DNA of 64,000 bases from Spirochaetia bacterium. Lineage in GTDB: Bacteria > Spirochaetota > Spirochaetia > UBA9216. The position numbers and the translations under genes are program-made. The notes beneath the pieces were generated by a model that ran no database searches, was not told the DNA's origin, and saw nothing but the letters and a program-made list of their open reading frames with translations. The stretch's first letter is position 1, and each line of letters begins with the position of its first letter. The stretch is from NCBI GenBank assembly GCA_963677925.2, contig CAXXYH010000003.1:148142-212141 (forward strand). Direction: 5' to 3'. Shown here piece by piece: positions 47,484 to 58,901 of this stretch.

Positions 47484-50299
47484 GTTAAAACATCCTTAAG
47501 ATAATGGCCTGTGTATGACTCTTTACTCTCTGCCACTTCTTCCGGAGTTCCTGATGCAACAATAGTACCGCCGCGAACTCCCCCTTCAGGACCCAGATCT
47601 ATAATATGATCGGCCTGCTTAATAACATCCAGATTATGTTCGATTAGAACGATTGTGTTCCCTTTTTCAACCAGAAGCTGCAGCACCTCAAGAAGTTTTT
47701 TTACATCAGCAAAATGCAGTCCTGTAGTAGGTTCATCAAGTATATAAAATGTTTTGCCGGTACTTCGCTTTGAGAGTTCGAGTGCAAGCTTAACCCGCTG
47801 AGCTTCCCCTCCTGAAAGAGTTAAGGCTGACTGTCCAAGCTTTATATACTCAAGTCCGACATCGCTGAGTGTCTGGAGTTTGTTTCTTATCTTTGGTATT
47901 TTATCAAAGAACTCCAGACCTTCCTCTACGGTCATCTCAAGAACTTCATAGATGTTCTTACCCTTATATCTGATATCAAGTGTTTCACGGTTAAACCGCC
48001 TTCCTCCGCATACGTCACAGGTTACATATACATCGGGAAGGAAGTGCATCTCGATTTTCTTAGTTCCATCACCCTGACATTGCTCACAGCGGCCGCCTTT
48101 AACGTTAAATGAGAATCTTCCGGGTTTATATCCTCGGGCTTTTGATTCCGGTAAATTTGAAAAAAGATCTCTGACAGGAGTGAATAATCCTACATATGTA
48201 GCCGGATTAGAACGAGGAGTTCTGCCGATAGGACTTTGATCAATGTTTATTATTTTATCAATATGCTCCAGACCTTCTACAGATTCATGCTTACCGCATG
48301 ATATATTTGATCTGTTAATTTTATTGTTAATTGCCGGATACAGGATATCACCAAGAAGAGTGGATTTTCCGCTGCCGGAGACCCCGGTTATTACGATAAA
48401 TTTCCCGAGAGGAAAATCCGCATTAACATTTTTCAAATTATGTTCTGTGGCCCCTGTGATCTTTATAAATTGTCCGTTTCCTTCCCTTCTTTTTTCAGGC
48501 ACATCAATTTTAATTTTTCCAGACAAATATTGACCAGTCAGGCTTTTTTCATTTTTAACAACCTGCTCATAAGTCCCCTGTGCTGTAATGTAACCACCAT
48601 GAACCCCGGCGCCTGGCCCCAGATCTACGATATAATCAGCTGTTTTAAGGGTTTGTTCATCATGTTCTACAACAACAAGGGTGTTGCCTATATCCCGCAG
48701 ATGCTTGAGAGTATCTATGAGACGCTGATTATCCCGCTGATGAAGACCGATTGTGGGTTCATCAAGGATATAAAGAACTCCGACCAGCGAGGAGCCGATC
48801 TGAGTAGCAAGTCTTATTCTCTGAGCCTCGCCTCCGGACAGGGTCGAAGCCTTTCTTTCAAGATCAAGATAATCCAGCCCTACACTTATCATAAATCCAA
48901 GCCTTGAATTGATCTCTTTAAGAATCTGGTTGGATATCTTTGCCTCGGTTTCCGTGAGATCAAGATTTTCAAAAAATTTCTGAGCATCGCCTACGGTCAG
49001 ACAAGTAACTTCATTAATATTCTTACCGTTAACCAGAACGCCTAAACTTTCTTTTCTCAGACGTTTACCGCCGCAGGCTGTACATTCATTCTGGCTCATG
49101 AAGCCTTCCAGCCATTCCTTTATGTAACTGCTGGAAGATTCAAGGTATCTTCTTTTTAACTCTGCAAGAATACCGTTAAAATTGGTAGTGTATTCAAATT
49201 TTCCGGTTTTTTTACTGTTTACGTAACTGACATCGATCTTATCTTTAGTTCCGTAAAGGATGGTATCTATAATTTTTTCAGGCAGTTTGTCAAATGGAGT
49301 ATCAAGACTGAATTTATAATGGCTGGAAAGAGCCTCAAACCAGCTTCTATGCCAATTTGCCTCGGGATTATGTGTTTTTACAGCTCCCTCGTTAAAAGAA
49401 AGGCTCATATCCGGAATTACAAGGTTTTTATCAAACTCAAGTGTCATTCCCAATCCGGAGCATACCGGACAGGCACCCTCCGGATTATTAAAAGAAAACA
49501 GTCTGGGTTCCAGCTCGGGTATGCTTATTCCGCAGTGAGCACAGGAATTTTTTATTGAGAAAAACTCTGAATTTTCATCTTTCTCCTCTTTTTTTATTAC
49601 AAGTATCTGCCCATCTGCTACCTCAAGACAGGTCTCAACCGATTCAGCTACACGCTTTCTAATTTCATTATTTATTATCAGACGATCAACAATAATTTCT
49701 ATTGTGTGCTTTTTATTTTTTTCAAGGCTGATGGGTTCATCAAGGTTTACTGGTACACCATCAATTCGAGCCCTTGCGAAACCGGCTTTTGAGGCATCTT
49801 CAAGAATCTTCTGATGTTCGCCTTTCTTACCTTTTATGACCGGTGCAAGAAGCATAATCCTGCTGTTCTCAGAATAGGACATTACTGTGTCTATAATCTG
49901 ATCCACTGACTGTTCTTTTATCTCTCTGCCGCAGTCCGGGCAGTGGGGCTTGCCTATTCTTGCAAATAGCAGCCTGAGATAATCATATATTTCGGTAACT
50001 GTACCTACCGTAGACCTGGGATTCCTGTGTGTGGTCTTCTGTTCTATTGAAATAGCTGGCGATAACCCCTCAATATAGTCTAGATCAGGTTTATCCAGAC
50101 GTCCAAGAAACTGTCTGGCATAAGAGGAGAGACTTTCTACATACCGCCGCTGTCCTTCTGCAAAAATTGTATCGAATGCAAGCGATGATTTACCGCTGCC
50201 GCTTAATCCTGAGATAACAATAAAACTGTCTCTTGGAAGTTCAAGGCTGATATTTTTAAGGTTGTGCTCCCTTGCGCCTTTAATTATTATTTTGTCCAT
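47480..50299 (-). CDS. uvrA: Excinuclease ABC subunit A
   Basis: 939 aa. Two ABC modules ([18 protein letters not shown], two LSGGE signatures), zinc-finger Cys clusters, and N-terminal [10 protein letters not shown]. Confidence 0.97.
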   Translation of the reverse strand: MDKIIIKGAREHNLKNISLELPRDSFIVISGLSGSGKSSLAFDTIFAEGQRRYVESLSSYARQFLGRLDKPDLDYIEGLSPAISIEQKTTHRNPRSTVGTVTEIYDYLRLLFARIGKPHCPDCGREIKEQSVDQIIDTVMSYSENSRIMLLAPVIKGKKGEHQKILEDASKAGFARARIDGVPVNLDEPISLEKNKKHTIEIIVDRLIINNEIRKRVAESVETCLEVADGQILVIKKEEKDENSEFFSIKNSCAHCGISIPELEPRLFSFNNPEGACPVCSGLGMTLEFDKNLVIPDMSLSFNEGAVKTHNPEANWHRSWFEALSSHYKFSLDTPFDKLPEKIIDTILYGTKDKIDVSYVNSKKTGKFEYTTNFNGILAELKRRYLESSSSYIKEWLEGFMSQNECTACGGKRLRKESLGVLVNGKNINEVTCLTVGDAQKFFENLDLTETEAKISNQILKEINSRLGFMISVGLDYLDLERKASTLSGGEAQRIRLATQIGSSLVGVLYILDEPTIGLHQRDNQRLIDTLKHLRDIGNTLVVVEHDEQTLKTADYIVDLGPGAGVHGGYITAQGTYEQVVKNEKSLTGQYLSGKIKIDVPEKRREGNGQFIKITGATEHNLKNVNADFPLGKFIVITGVSGSGKSTLLGDILYPAINNKINRSNISCGKHESVEGLEHIDKIINIDQSPIGRTPRSNPATYVGLFTPVRDLFSNLPESKARGYKPGRFSFNVKGGRCEQCQGDGTKKIEMHFLPDVYVTCDVCGGRRFNRETLDIRYKGKNIYEVLEMTVEEGLEFFDKIPKIRNKLQTLSDVGLEYIKLGQSALTLSGGEAQRVKLALELSKRSTGKTFYILDEPTTGLHFADVKKLLEVLQLLVEKGNTIVLIEHNLDVIKQADHIIDLGPEGGVRGGTIVASGTPEEVAESKESYTGHYLKDVLT

Positions 50300-50333
50300 A
50301 CTTAGAGAAAGTTACGATTAATTTCTTTGCTGT

Positions 50334-51272
50334 TCAAGTGCGGGGGGAAATCAGGGGCTCGATGAATGGTGAATTCAGCTGTCGGGTTGACCTGATAGAC
50401 CAAATGCTCTCCGGGCTGTCATAATCTTTTATTATCTGCCAAAGCTCATTTGAGACATCAAGATTCCCCTCTGCATACAAAGCTGCTGCCAGATAGTAGG
50501 CCGAACGGAAAAAACTGTTTTCCTGCATATATTCTGTGAGTATGTAATCTGCCAGCATAGATGAAATATGATCTCTGACCGTAGTGTATTCATAATCACC
50601 TCTTTTCTCATATAAATACTCAAATCCGGTAGATAAAATAGATACGAAGGGAACAGTTAAATTCAATTCAGCTTCGGAATAGCGTCCGGTCTGATAATAG
50701 AAAATACCCAGGCTAATACGTGCGCTGTTGAATTTTCCGTCGGTATATCGGTAAAGTTCGAAGAGCTTATCTACACCTCGATTGTTAAGGACATCTGTCA
50801 TTGCATAAAAAAGCCTGAAGTTTGTGTTGAAGCCCTCGTCATTCTCTATAATATCTATCAGTATTTTTTCATACTTTCCATACTGACTCGTAACACGGTA
50901 TATTTCAGTAAGTCTGTACATCAGGGTGAATCTGTCTTCAAGAATATAGAGCTGATTTTTATTCTCTAGCGCTTTTAAATACTGTTTTTCAGCAAGCAGA
51001 GGTTCACCCTCCTGTTCATAAATATATCCCAGCCACATTTCGGCATCGGGAGAAATTGAGTTTCTGTCAATTATTTCACGGAATATTCTCGAGGCCAAGC
51101 CAAGTTCACCCAGTTCAAATGATTCACGGCCTCTTTCCATCATCAGCCATACCGGTAGATTATTCATGTATGTATCTTCGATAAAGGCGACTCTTTCCTG
51201 GTCGGGTACACGCTGCGCATATATTGATATTGCCAAAAATAGTAGAGAAAAGACTGAAATAATCTTTTTCAA
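50334..51272 (-). CDS. Exported TPR-like protein (312 aa)
   Basis: TTG start. Signal peptide MKKIISVFSLLFLAISIYA|Q. Helical-repeat sequence follows. Confidence 0.7.
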   Translation of the reverse strand: MKKIISVFSLLFLAISIYAQRVPDQERVAFIEDTYMNNLPVWLMMERGRESFELGELGLASRIFREIIDRNSISPDAEMWLGYIYEQEGEPLLAEKQYLKALENKNQLYILEDRFTLMYRLTEIYRVTSQYGKYEKILIDIIENDEGFNTNFRLFYAMTDVLNNRGVDKLFELYRYTDGKFNSARISLGIFYYQTGRYSEAELNLTVPFVSILSTGFEYLYEKRGDYEYTTVRDHISSMLADYILTEYMQENSFFRSAYYLAAALYAEGNLDVSNELWQIIKDYDSPESIWSIRSTRQLNSPFIEPLISPRT

Positions 51273-51275
51273 AAA

Positions 51276-52331
51276 CTAAACCTCAGAATCAAGAGCTTTC
51301 AGTTCCTCAAGGAACGCCTCAATACTGTTATTTTCGTCAACTTTTCTAATAATCTTACCATGTTTAAAAATAACAGCCTTTTTTCCGCTTCCTGTGATAC
51401 CCAGATCCGCATGAAGGGCCTCTCCAGGACCGTTTACGATACATCCCATAACAGCAATTTTCAGAGGCTTTTTAATCAGATAAAGTTCGGAATACACACG
51501 GTTTATAAATTCAGTCGTGTTGAAAGTCGAACGGCCGCATCTTGGACATGAAATGATATCAACGCCGTAATTACTTTTCCCGCAGGCTTTCAGTATTTCA
51601 CGGCCTGTAATTACTTCATTAAGCGGAGTATCGGTAAGGGAAACCCGAATAGTGTCTCCAATTCCTTTTTCAAGAAGTCTGTAAAAAGCTATTGAACTTT
51701 TTACAGTGCCTGCTGTTCCCGGGCCGGCTTCGGTAATACCTATGTGCAGAGGATAATCCCATTTTTGTGAAAATTCTTCATTAGCAGTGATCGTATTCTC
51801 AATATCAGAAGCTTTCAGGGAGAAAACCGCATTCCTGAAATTCATTTTTTCAAGAATTTCAATTTCTTTTTCCGCGGCTTTAATCATTGCATCAGCGATA
51901 TTGTCTAAACCGGAAACCGTCTCAGGCAATGAACCGGAATTTATTCCGACTCTGATTGGGATATTGCTGTCGGAAGCTGCAGTTAAAACTTCCCGAACCT
52001 TCCATTCAGGTCCAATATTACCCGGATTGATTCGTATCTTATCAATTCCGTTGTTTATACATTCAAGAGCAATTTTATAATCAAAATGTATATCTGCAAC
52101 TACAGGAATGGATATTTGCGGCTTCAGGTTTTTAAGAATACCGGCGCTTTTCATATCAGGAACTGAAAATCTGATTATATCACAACCGAAATCCTGTAAA
52201 CTTAGAATCTCATTAACATCTGCTTGTGTAACATTATGCAGACTTCGCTTCCACATTGTCTGTACAGTCAGTCTGTTCTCACCGCCTACAGCAATCCGGC
52301 CTACATTTATTGTGCGTGTTTTATTTTTCAT
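51276..52331 (-). CDS. ispG: 4-hydroxy-3-methylbut-2-en-1-yl diphosphate synthase
   Basis: Motifs TINVGRIAVGG..VQTM, RINPGNIG, and the C-terminal Fe-S Cys CPRCGR..GCIVNGPGE. Confidence 0.93.
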   Translation of the reverse strand: MKNKTRTINVGRIAVGGENRLTVQTMWKRSLHNVTQADVNEILSLQDFGCDIIRFSVPDMKSAGILKNLKPQISIPVVADIHFDYKIALECINNGIDKIRINPGNIGPEWKVREVLTAASDSNIPIRVGINSGSLPETVSGLDNIADAMIKAAEKEIEILEKMNFRNAVFSLKASDIENTITANEEFSQKWDYPLHIGITEAGPGTAGTVKSSIAFYRLLEKGIGDTIRVSLTDTPLNEVITGREILKACGKSNYGVDIISCPRCGRSTFNTTEFINRVYSELYLIKKPLKIAVMGCIVNGPGEALHADLGITGSGKKAVIFKHGKIIRKVDENNSIEAFLEELKALDSEV

Positions 52332-52338
52332 TAAGGGG

Positions 52339-52364
52339 ATAAAAGGGGCTGTTTTAGCAGCCCC
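52339..52364 (-). terminator. Rho-independent terminator / attenuator after the V-ATPase operon
   Basis: Minus strand reads GGGGCTG-CTAAAA-CAGCCCC followed by TTTTAT. It starts 9 nt after the atpK stop and ends only 7 nt before the ispG ATG. Confidence 0.6.
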
Positions 52365-52373
52365 ATTCTTCCA

Positions 52374-52793
52374 TTAGATAAGGAACAGGAATGCGAGTAC
52401 GAGAATAGCTACAGACTCAACAATACCAAGTGCGAGTACATACTGTGCTGTACCCTTACCTGTTTCTGACTGAGCATCACAAGCTACTGCCGCTGCTTTA
52501 CCCTGAAGCCATGCAGACATTCCGATAGCAAGTCCGCCGAAAAGTCCGGTTGCAAGCTGTTTCATGTCGCCTGTTTTTGCAGGAACAACTACGAGCATTA
52601 CCAGAAATCCGTAGAGTGTCTGAGAAAGAGGGAAACCTACGAACGCTGCAAGAAGCATACTTGGCGCTTTATTTGCTGCAAGTGCTTTCTTCCATGCTCC
52701 AACCGCGCCCTGTGCGGCTGTACCACATCCAAGTGCTGAACCTACTGCTGCAAGACCTAATGCTGCAGCCTGACCAATAATTCCAAAACTCAT
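52374..52793 (-). CDS. atpK: V-type ATP synthase subunit K (proteolipid)
   Basis: 139 aa with 4 TM helices. Gly/Ala-rich, with the essential Glu in the GIVESVAI context. Confidence 0.85.
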   Translation of the reverse strand: MSFGIIGQAAALGLAAVGSALGCGTAAQGAVGAWKKALAANKAPSMLLAAFVGFPLSQTLYGFLVMLVVVPAKTGDMKQLATGLFGGLAIGMSAWLQGKAAAVACDAQSETGKGTAQYVLALGIVESVAILVLAFLFLI

Positions 52794-54631
52794 ATAAATT
52801 CTCCTTTATAGCTTTGACTTTCGTCGACACTAACCTTAAAGGGGTCGTATTTAAATCCGGACCATTCGACGCCGACTTTTCCGGAATATTCCAGGATATT
52901 CAAACGCACTGCATGTACAAGAATTGCCATAAGACCAAGTACAATGTTAAGCGTATGACCGATTATAATAATTAAAATACCAAACACTATCATCCAGCTG
53001 CCGGACATTCCAGCTCCAAGCTGATTAAATGTTTCCGCAATTTTTACTGATGCAAGTCCAACGGCAAACAGCCTTACGTAGGACATGATATCCGAAAATG
53101 TTCCTACAACATCAAGGAAAAGCTGCAGAAAGTTAGTTAAAGAATTAATAATTCCCTTTACAAAACTCTGACCCTCTTCCTGTCCGCCGAATAAGAATAT
53201 TACAGCTACTCCACCAAGAAGCAGATACATCATCTGTTTCGGGTAGGTATCCAGCCCTGCACGTCTTACTACAAGCACAAGGACTAGGTAGTAAACTGCT
53301 ATAAGTACAGCAAACCATCCAATCTGTGCGAAACTGTTCTTTTTCGGAAAATTCTTTTTAAAGTTCTGAACAACTCCGATTAGAAGCTGAACAATACCAA
53401 GAAAAAAGCTTATCCCCATTACAACAGCAATCTGTTCTTCATCACTGCCCTTAAAAACATCAAGTTTAAGCGCGGCAATCGGACCGATCTCCATGATGCT
53501 CTGGCTTGCAAACCAGGTGCCCGTGACAATACCCCAGGCAATTGTAGTTACACTGAGCAGCAGAAGAAGGAATACCGCCTTTGGTATAGGTTTCTTCTTA
53601 GAACCGAATGCAATCATCACAACAGCAGTTACTGCAAGAAAAATCAGGCCGTAACCAGCATCACCGATAAGCATTGCAGTAAAAATTGAAAAGAAACACA
53701 GGAAGAAAAAGCTTATATCATATTCCCTGTAACCGGGAAGTATTCCGAGAAAATCAAGAACCGGAGACAGCATTGAAGTGAACTTTCCTACCTTAAGTTC
53801 TGTTGGAACTTCATCTTCTTCTGTCGGTTCTTCAATTAGCAGTCCCCAGCCTTCCTCAGCGGCTTTAGCCTTAAGTTTTTCAAGTTTCTCAACAGGACAG
53901 AACCCGCTCAAATAGGACAGTTCCTCTTCCTTGTTGATTCCTGATCTTACATTTTCATATACAAGATCCTGATCAATTATCTTAAGACCTTCAGACAGAG
54001 GAATCCTCATTGAGGACATCTCTTCCAGTTCTTTATTAAGCTTGTTAAGAACTCCGCTCAGCGCAGATTTTTCCTTGCTAAGTTCAGTTAAACTTTTTTC
54101 AGGTAAATCAAGAATTTCAACCGACTTTAAATTTTCAGGTATATTGCCCACAACAGCAAAGAACTGATTATTTTTAGTAACAGCAACCCTGAAACTGTTT
54201 TCGCCAGTGAAGAGCGCCTCATCAGATTTTTTAGCCTTAAAAACTGTAATTTTCAGATTTTTATCTTCAAGAGTTTTTAAAAGAGAAGGATCAAAATCTC
54301 CCAGCGGTCCAATCTTTTCAACTTCCCTGACAATAGCTAAAATACGCTCGTTAGCCGCCTGCTTTTCTGCCACTTTCTCAAGGATTGCATCTGCTTTCTC
54401 CAGAGAATCCATGATTCCGCTAAAGGCCTGCGGCTCTATTCCGCTGATTGCTGGTACATACACCAGAGCACTTGAAAGTTTATCCCTTAGAGAAGAAAGA
54501 TGTTCGAATTTTTCACCATTGCCTTTTAATGCATTAAGATGAAGAACTCCAAGTCTTCTCAGCTGCTTTAATGATTCATCTCTGTATTTATCAAGCAGTA
54601 CAAGGGAGACTTTGTTCATTTTTACTATCAT
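52790..54631 (-). CDS. atpI: V-type ATP synthase subunit I
   Basis: 613 aa. Soluble coiled-coil N-terminal half plus a multi-TM C-terminal half (..YVRLFAVGLAS..). ATGA overlaps at both ends. Confidence 0.85.
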   Translation of the reverse strand: MIVKMNKVSLVLLDKYRDESLKQLRRLGVLHLNALKGNGEKFEHLSSLRDKLSSALVYVPAISGIEPQAFSGIMDSLEKADAILEKVAEKQAANERILAIVREVEKIGPLGDFDPSLLKTLEDKNLKITVFKAKKSDEALFTGENSFRVAVTKNNQFFAVVGNIPENLKSVEILDLPEKSLTELSKEKSALSGVLNKLNKELEEMSSMRIPLSEGLKIIDQDLVYENVRSGINKEEELSYLSGFCPVEKLEKLKAKAAEEGWGLLIEEPTEEDEVPTELKVGKFTSMLSPVLDFLGILPGYREYDISFFFLCFFSIFTAMLIGDAGYGLIFLAVTAVVMIAFGSKKKPIPKAVFLLLLLSVTTIAWGIVTGTWFASQSIMEIGPIAALKLDVFKGSDEEQIAVVMGISFFLGIVQLLIGVVQNFKKNFPKKNSFAQIGWFAVLIAVYYLVLVLVVRRAGLDTYPKQMMYLLLGGVAVIFLFGGQEEGQSFVKGIINSLTNFLQLFLDVVGTFSDIMSYVRLFAVGLASVKIAETFNQLGAGMSGSWMIVFGILIIIIGHTLNIVLGLMAILVHAVRLNILEYSGKVGVEWSGFKYDPFKVSVDESQSYKGEFI

Positions 54632-55230
54632 GCATCAGCCCCCTTTACAACTTTGCCCTTTGCCATCTTGCCCCTTACAACCGCAGCAGTCTGCTGGTCG
54701 CCGAGGTAGATACCGATTTTCCTGATTACCTCTTTGGTCTCAGGTATCTTTACCTTTTCGAAGAGATTAACTCTCTGAGTTGTTGTTCGAAGTTCATTAT
54801 CAAGAAGCTCTTTAGCTTCAATAAGAACTTCGATTTCAGCATTCAGAGAAGCAAGCTCTTTCATGGTGATAATACCCTTATCAACCCAGAGCGGCATCAT
54901 GAATAAATCATATCCAACAGGCATAAATTCCAGTTTTTTAAAGACAGGGATATCTACACCTGCAATATTGCCGCGTTCCCTCTCTATTTCCTTTATCTGC
55001 AGAAGATCTCCGATGCCTGTATCTTCACCGAAAACACCAATCCAGTCTTCAAGTGAATCCTGGTATTTTGATATCTCTTTTCGCTTAGCCTCTATATCAG
55101 CTTCAAACTGACGGATAACCAGCTGCAGCTGCTGTTTTTTCAGCTGCAGAGTAGGCAGATATCTGGTGAATCGCTTCAGAGCATCTTTCTGTTTCTTCTG
55201 CTCATTTTTGGTAAGCTTTACCTTTGCCAT
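54628..55230 (-). CDS. atpD: V-type ATP synthase subunit D
   Basis: 200 aa. N-terminus MAKVKLTKNEQKKQKDALKRFTRYLPTLQLKKQQLQ, followed by long coiled-coil sequence. Confidence 0.88.
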   Translation of the reverse strand: MAKVKLTKNEQKKQKDALKRFTRYLPTLQLKKQQLQLVIRQFEADIEAKRKEISKYQDSLEDWIGVFGEDTGIGDLLQIKEIERERGNIAGVDIPVFKKLEFMPVGYDLFMMPLWVDKGIITMKELASLNAEIEVLIEAKELLDNELRTTTQRVNLFEKVKIPETKEVIRKIGIYLGDQQTAAVVRGKMAKGKVVKGADA

Positions 55231-55245
55231 ATAGCCCGTCCGTTT

Positions 55246-56541
55246 TTATTTGTTTGGCCAGAATTTCTTAAGTAAATCTGTTTTAAGTCCTGTTTCTTCA
55301 GGTGTAAAACATTCCGCAAGAATTTCCCAACCCTTATCAAGCGCACCTTCCAGAGGGATATTAACCGTGAGGTCCATCATTTCCTTCTCAAAGATAACAC
55401 CGTATTTCAGAAGCTTGGTGTCCCAGTCCGACATCCTGAATCCCATGGACTTTTTCTCCATTGATTCAAGATATGCAGCATAGAGCTTAATCATACCGTC
55501 CATAAGAGCACGGTGGTCTTCTCTGGTATCTCCGTTAACCTGCTGCTTAAGTCTTGAGAGTGAACCGAAAGGCTCAATTCTTCCGCCCTTCAGGTAATAC
55601 TGCCCCTCGGTAATATACCCTGTATTATCAGGTACCGGGTGGGTAACGTCGTCGCCGGGCATTGTAGTTACAGCAAGGATAGTGATGGAACCGGCGCCTT
55701 CAAAGTCAACTGCCTTTTCATATCTTGAAGCAAGCTGACTGTAAAGGTCTCCAGGATAACCTCGGTTGGAGGGAACCTGTTCCTGTGTAATAGCAATTTC
55801 TTTCATTGCATCTGAGAAGTTAGTCATATCGGTAAGAAGAACTAGAACCTTCTTTCCTTTAAGTGCAAACTTTTCAGCAACTGCAAGTGAGATGTCCGGA
55901 ACGAGTAGACATTCTACAATCGGATCAGCTGCGGTATGAACAAAAAAGATTGTTCTGCTTAGAGCTCCGCCTTCTTCAAGAGTGTCTTTAAAGAAAAGAT
56001 AGTCGTCGTATTTGAGCCCCATACCGCCGATGATAATCATATCAACTTCGGCCTGCATCGCAATTCTTGCAAGCAGTTCATTGTAGGGTTCACCTGAAAT
56101 TGAGAAAATAGGAAGCTTCTGTGATTCAACCAGGGTGTTGAATACATCAATCATAGGAATACCCGTTCGAATCATATTTCTCGGTATAATTCGTTTGGCA
56201 GGGTTAACCGATGGGCCGCCTATCTCTATAAGATTTTCGGTAAGTTCCGGACCATTGTCTCGAGGCATACCGCTTCCTGTAAAAATTCTGCCCATAAGGT
56301 TGTCTGAAAATGCAACCTGCATGGGATGACTCATAAATCTAACTTCATCACCGGTTGATACACCACGGCCTCCGGAGTAAACCTGAAGTGAAACTGTATC
56401 ACCATCGAGCCTGATAACATCTGCGAGTGATTTTCCATGTGATGATGTAACTTCCGCCAGTTCTCCGTACTTAATACCGTCGGCTTTGACAGTGATTACG
56501 TTTCCGGCAATTGATTCAATTTTACTGTATACTTTACGCAT
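55246..56541 (-). CDS. atpB: V-type ATP synthase subunit B
   Basis: 431 aa non-catalytic A/B-family subunit. Motifs [15 protein letters not shown] and [20 protein letters not shown]. Confidence 0.95.
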   Translation of the reverse strand: MRKVYSKIESIAGNVITVKADGIKYGELAEVTSSHGKSLADVIRLDGDTVSLQVYSGGRGVSTGDEVRFMSHPMQVAFSDNLMGRIFTGSGMPRDNGPELTENLIEIGGPSVNPAKRIIPRNMIRTGIPMIDVFNTLVESQKLPIFSISGEPYNELLARIAMQAEVDMIIIGGMGLKYDDYLFFKDTLEEGGALSRTIFFVHTAADPIVECLLVPDISLAVAEKFALKGKKVLVLLTDMTNFSDAMKEIAITQEQVPSNRGYPGDLYSQLASRYEKAVDFEGAGSITILAVTTMPGDDVTHPVPDNTGYITEGQYYLKGGRIEPFGSLSRLKQQVNGDTREDHRALMDGMIKLYAAYLESMEKKSMGFRMSDWDTKLLKYGVIFEKEMMDLTVNIPLEGALDKGWEILAECFTPEETGLKTDLLKKFWPNK

Positions 56542-56563
56542 CTTAATCTACTCCCGACTCGAT

Positions 56564-58342
56564 TTAATTTTCTTCCGCATCATCTGCGGAGTTTGAAAGA
56601 AGTCTCTCGTCAATGCCGGAAACTTTTTCCTCTATCATACTGGTTATTTCTTTCTCAAGCCGAACGAACTCATCATTGCCCCACTCTGCTCCGTTATAGT
56701 CAAGGAATCTCTGCCTGAGCTGATAGAACCAGGTTCGCGCCTCGTCCTTATCCTTAAGAGAAAGTGTTGAAGTGAGTACTTTAAACAGAATATCAAAAAT
56801 ATGATTCTGTCTTTCAACACTCACTGAACTGTCGACAGGGTCAAAAGAATTCTGCTGCATATAAACTGAATCCAGGAAGTCTCCTTTGAGATAAACGATG
56901 TAGTCATCGATACTTGTACCTTCTTCACCTACAACCTTCATCATCTGTTCAACTTCATTTCCTCTGAGAATAAGTGAACGTGCAATTTCAGTTTTTTCAA
57001 AGTCAAGAATACCCTTGTATTTACTCCAGCTTTCAAGCGGATGGATTGCAGGATATTTACGGGCATCAGAGCGCTCTCTTGAAAGACCGTGGAATGCGCC
57101 TACAACTTTCAGTGTGGCCTGAGTTACCGGTTCTTCAAAGTTACCTCCTGCTGGAGAAACTGTACCGCCGATAGTAACAGAACCTTCAGATCCGTCTTTA
57201 AGCTTAACACGTCCTGCTCTTTCATAGAAACTCGCGATAGTCGATTCTAGGTAAGCCGGGAATGCTTCCTCACCCGGTATCTCTTCAAGTCTTCCGGACA
57301 TCTCACGCATCGCCTGAGCCCATCTTGATGTTGAATCTGCCAGAAGCAGTACGTTCAGCCCCATCTGCCTGTAATATTCAGCAAGTGTTACAGCTGTGTA
57401 TACTGAAGCTTCACGGGCGGCAACAGGCATTGAAGAGGTATTACAAATAATAATAGTTCTCTCCATAAGACTCTTGCCGGTCTTCGGGTCAATAAGTTCA
57501 GGGAATTCTTTGAGTGTTTCTACAACCTCACCTGCACGCTCACCGCATGCAGCAACTATTACAATATCAACATCCGCATTTCGACTGGTTACCTGCTGCA
57601 GAACTGTTTTACCGGCACCGAAAGGTCCCGGAATACAGTATGTTCCGCCAAGAGCAACCGGAAAGAATGTATCAATCAGCCTGAGTTTTGTTACCATCGG
57701 CTTTGTTGGTCTCATTCTTTCAATATAATTGGTAATAGGCCTCTTAACCGGCCAGTTGAAACTCATTGTAAGGTTAAATTTATTTCCCTTTGAGTCGGTA
57801 ATCTCCGCAACGTTGTCTCTTACCGTATATTCACCCTCTGATGCTACACTTGTAACTGTGTAGGTATCAAAATAGTTGAATGGAACCATGATTCTATGCT
57901 CAAAGATTCCCTCAGGTACGGTACCGATAGTATCGCCCTTTTCAATTTTTGCTCCGACCTCTACCTTCGGCGTAAATTTCCACTTTGTTTCAGTGGGGAG
58001 AGCATCAAGGTAGACACCTCTCTCAAGGAAGAACCCGCATTTTTCTGCGAGCTGCGGAAGCGGATTCTGAAGACCGTCATAAACCTGTCCGAGCAGACCC
58101 GGTCCAAGCTCAACCGCGAGCATGTCTTCAGTAAAGGCTACATTGTCGCCTATACCTATTCCCTTGGTCATTTCAAAAACCTGGAGTTCAGCCTTGCTTC
58201 CTTTTATTCGAATTACCTCAGCTTTAAGGCGTTGATCGCCAACTTCGATATACGCTACTTCATTCATGGAAACAACGCCGTCGACTTCGACGGAAACCAT
58301 GTTTCCATTTACACCTATTACTTTTCCGTTACTAACTGCCAT
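56564..58342 (-). CDS. atpA: V-type ATP synthase catalytic subunit A
   Basis: 592 aa. Walker A GPFGAGKTV, plus LLADSTSRWAQAMREMS and GSVTIGGTVSPAGGNFEEPVTQ. Confidence 0.95.
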   Translation of the reverse strand: MAVSNGKVIGVNGNMVSVEVDGVVSMNEVAYIEVGDQRLKAEVIRIKGSKAELQVFEMTKGIGIGDNVAFTEDMLAVELGPGLLGQVYDGLQNPLPQLAEKCGFFLERGVYLDALPTETKWKFTPKVEVGAKIEKGDTIGTVPEGIFEHRIMVPFNYFDTYTVTSVASEGEYTVRDNVAEITDSKGNKFNLTMSFNWPVKRPITNYIERMRPTKPMVTKLRLIDTFFPVALGGTYCIPGPFGAGKTVLQQVTSRNADVDIVIVAACGERAGEVVETLKEFPELIDPKTGKSLMERTIIICNTSSMPVAAREASVYTAVTLAEYYRQMGLNVLLLADSTSRWAQAMREMSGRLEEIPGEEAFPAYLESTIASFYERAGRVKLKDGSEGSVTIGGTVSPAGGNFEEPVTQATLKVVGAFHGLSRERSDARKYPAIHPLESWSKYKGILDFEKTEIARSLILRGNEVEQMMKVVGEEGTSIDDYIVYLKGDFLDSVYMQQNSFDPVDSSVSVERQNHIFDILFKVLTSTLSLKDKDEARTWFYQLRQRFLDYNGAEWGNDEFVRLEKEITSMIEEKVSGIDERLLSNSADDAEEN

Positions 58343-58897
58343 CTATAATTCTCCATCGTACGATTGATGTATTTTATCCGTAATCTGATTATATAATTCC
58401 GAATATTTCTCTTTTCCAACTTCAGGCTTCAGTAGCTGTCTGCGTTCAAGCAGCTGAAGCTTAAGGTAGTAAATAATCAGTCTGGACAGGTCAAAATAAT
58501 GACCTACTTCCAGATTATCCAGAAATGCCCATCGGGCTTTATTCAGGATATCTTCTCCTAACAGCGGATTTGCAGAATTGTAGGCTTCTCTGGCTGCATC
58601 ATAGGCACCGGTTGCATATTCGTTTTCCCGGATATATGACTCCGCATCGAGCCCGGTTGAAGCCGAACGCATTTTCACAAGCTCGTTTCTGAGTGTTTTT
58701 TCCCAGCTGTTCCAGAGAATAAGAATACTGTCTTCTGCAGCATCATTCGGAACTAAATCTGCGCTGCAGAGTATTCTGTAATCTTCCGCATTTACAGTAT
58801 TAATGCATGACTCATGAAAATACTGTATATCAATAGGAGGTTCCTGCTCGTATGACAGCATCGGAAGTGATGCTACCGTGTAATAATACTGAGCCAA
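58343..58897 (-). CDS. V-ATPase operon-associated protein, DUF2764-like (position of subunit C)
   Basis: 184 aa helical protein with a TTG start, lying between atpE and atpA. This matches the E-DUF2764-A-B-D-I-K arrangement of Bacteroidota, Chlamydia and spirochaetes. The call is by position, not by motif. Confidence 0.6.
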   Translation of the reverse strand: MAQYYYTVASLPMLSYEQEPPIDIQYFHESCINTVNAEDYRILCSADLVPNDAAEDSILILWNSWEKTLRNELVKMRSASTGLDAESYIRENEYATGAYDAAREAYNSANPLLGEDILNKARWAFLDNLEVGHYFDLSRLIIYYLKLQLLERRQLLKPEVGKEKYSELYNQITDKIHQSYDGEL

Positions 58898-58901
58898 AAT
58901 A

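Noticed and set aside
48440-48907. 155-aa plus-strand ORF (and 48243-48533) antisense to uvrA
   Set aside because: Shadow ORFs within uvrA, with no motif and no ribosome-binding site.
57896-58348. 150-aa plus-strand ORF antisense to atpA; similar antisense ORFs at 62908-63342 (rsgA), 54207-54906 (atpI/atpD) and 95-539 (guaB)
   Set aside because: All lie inside well-supported genes on the opposite strand and show no independent coding signal.
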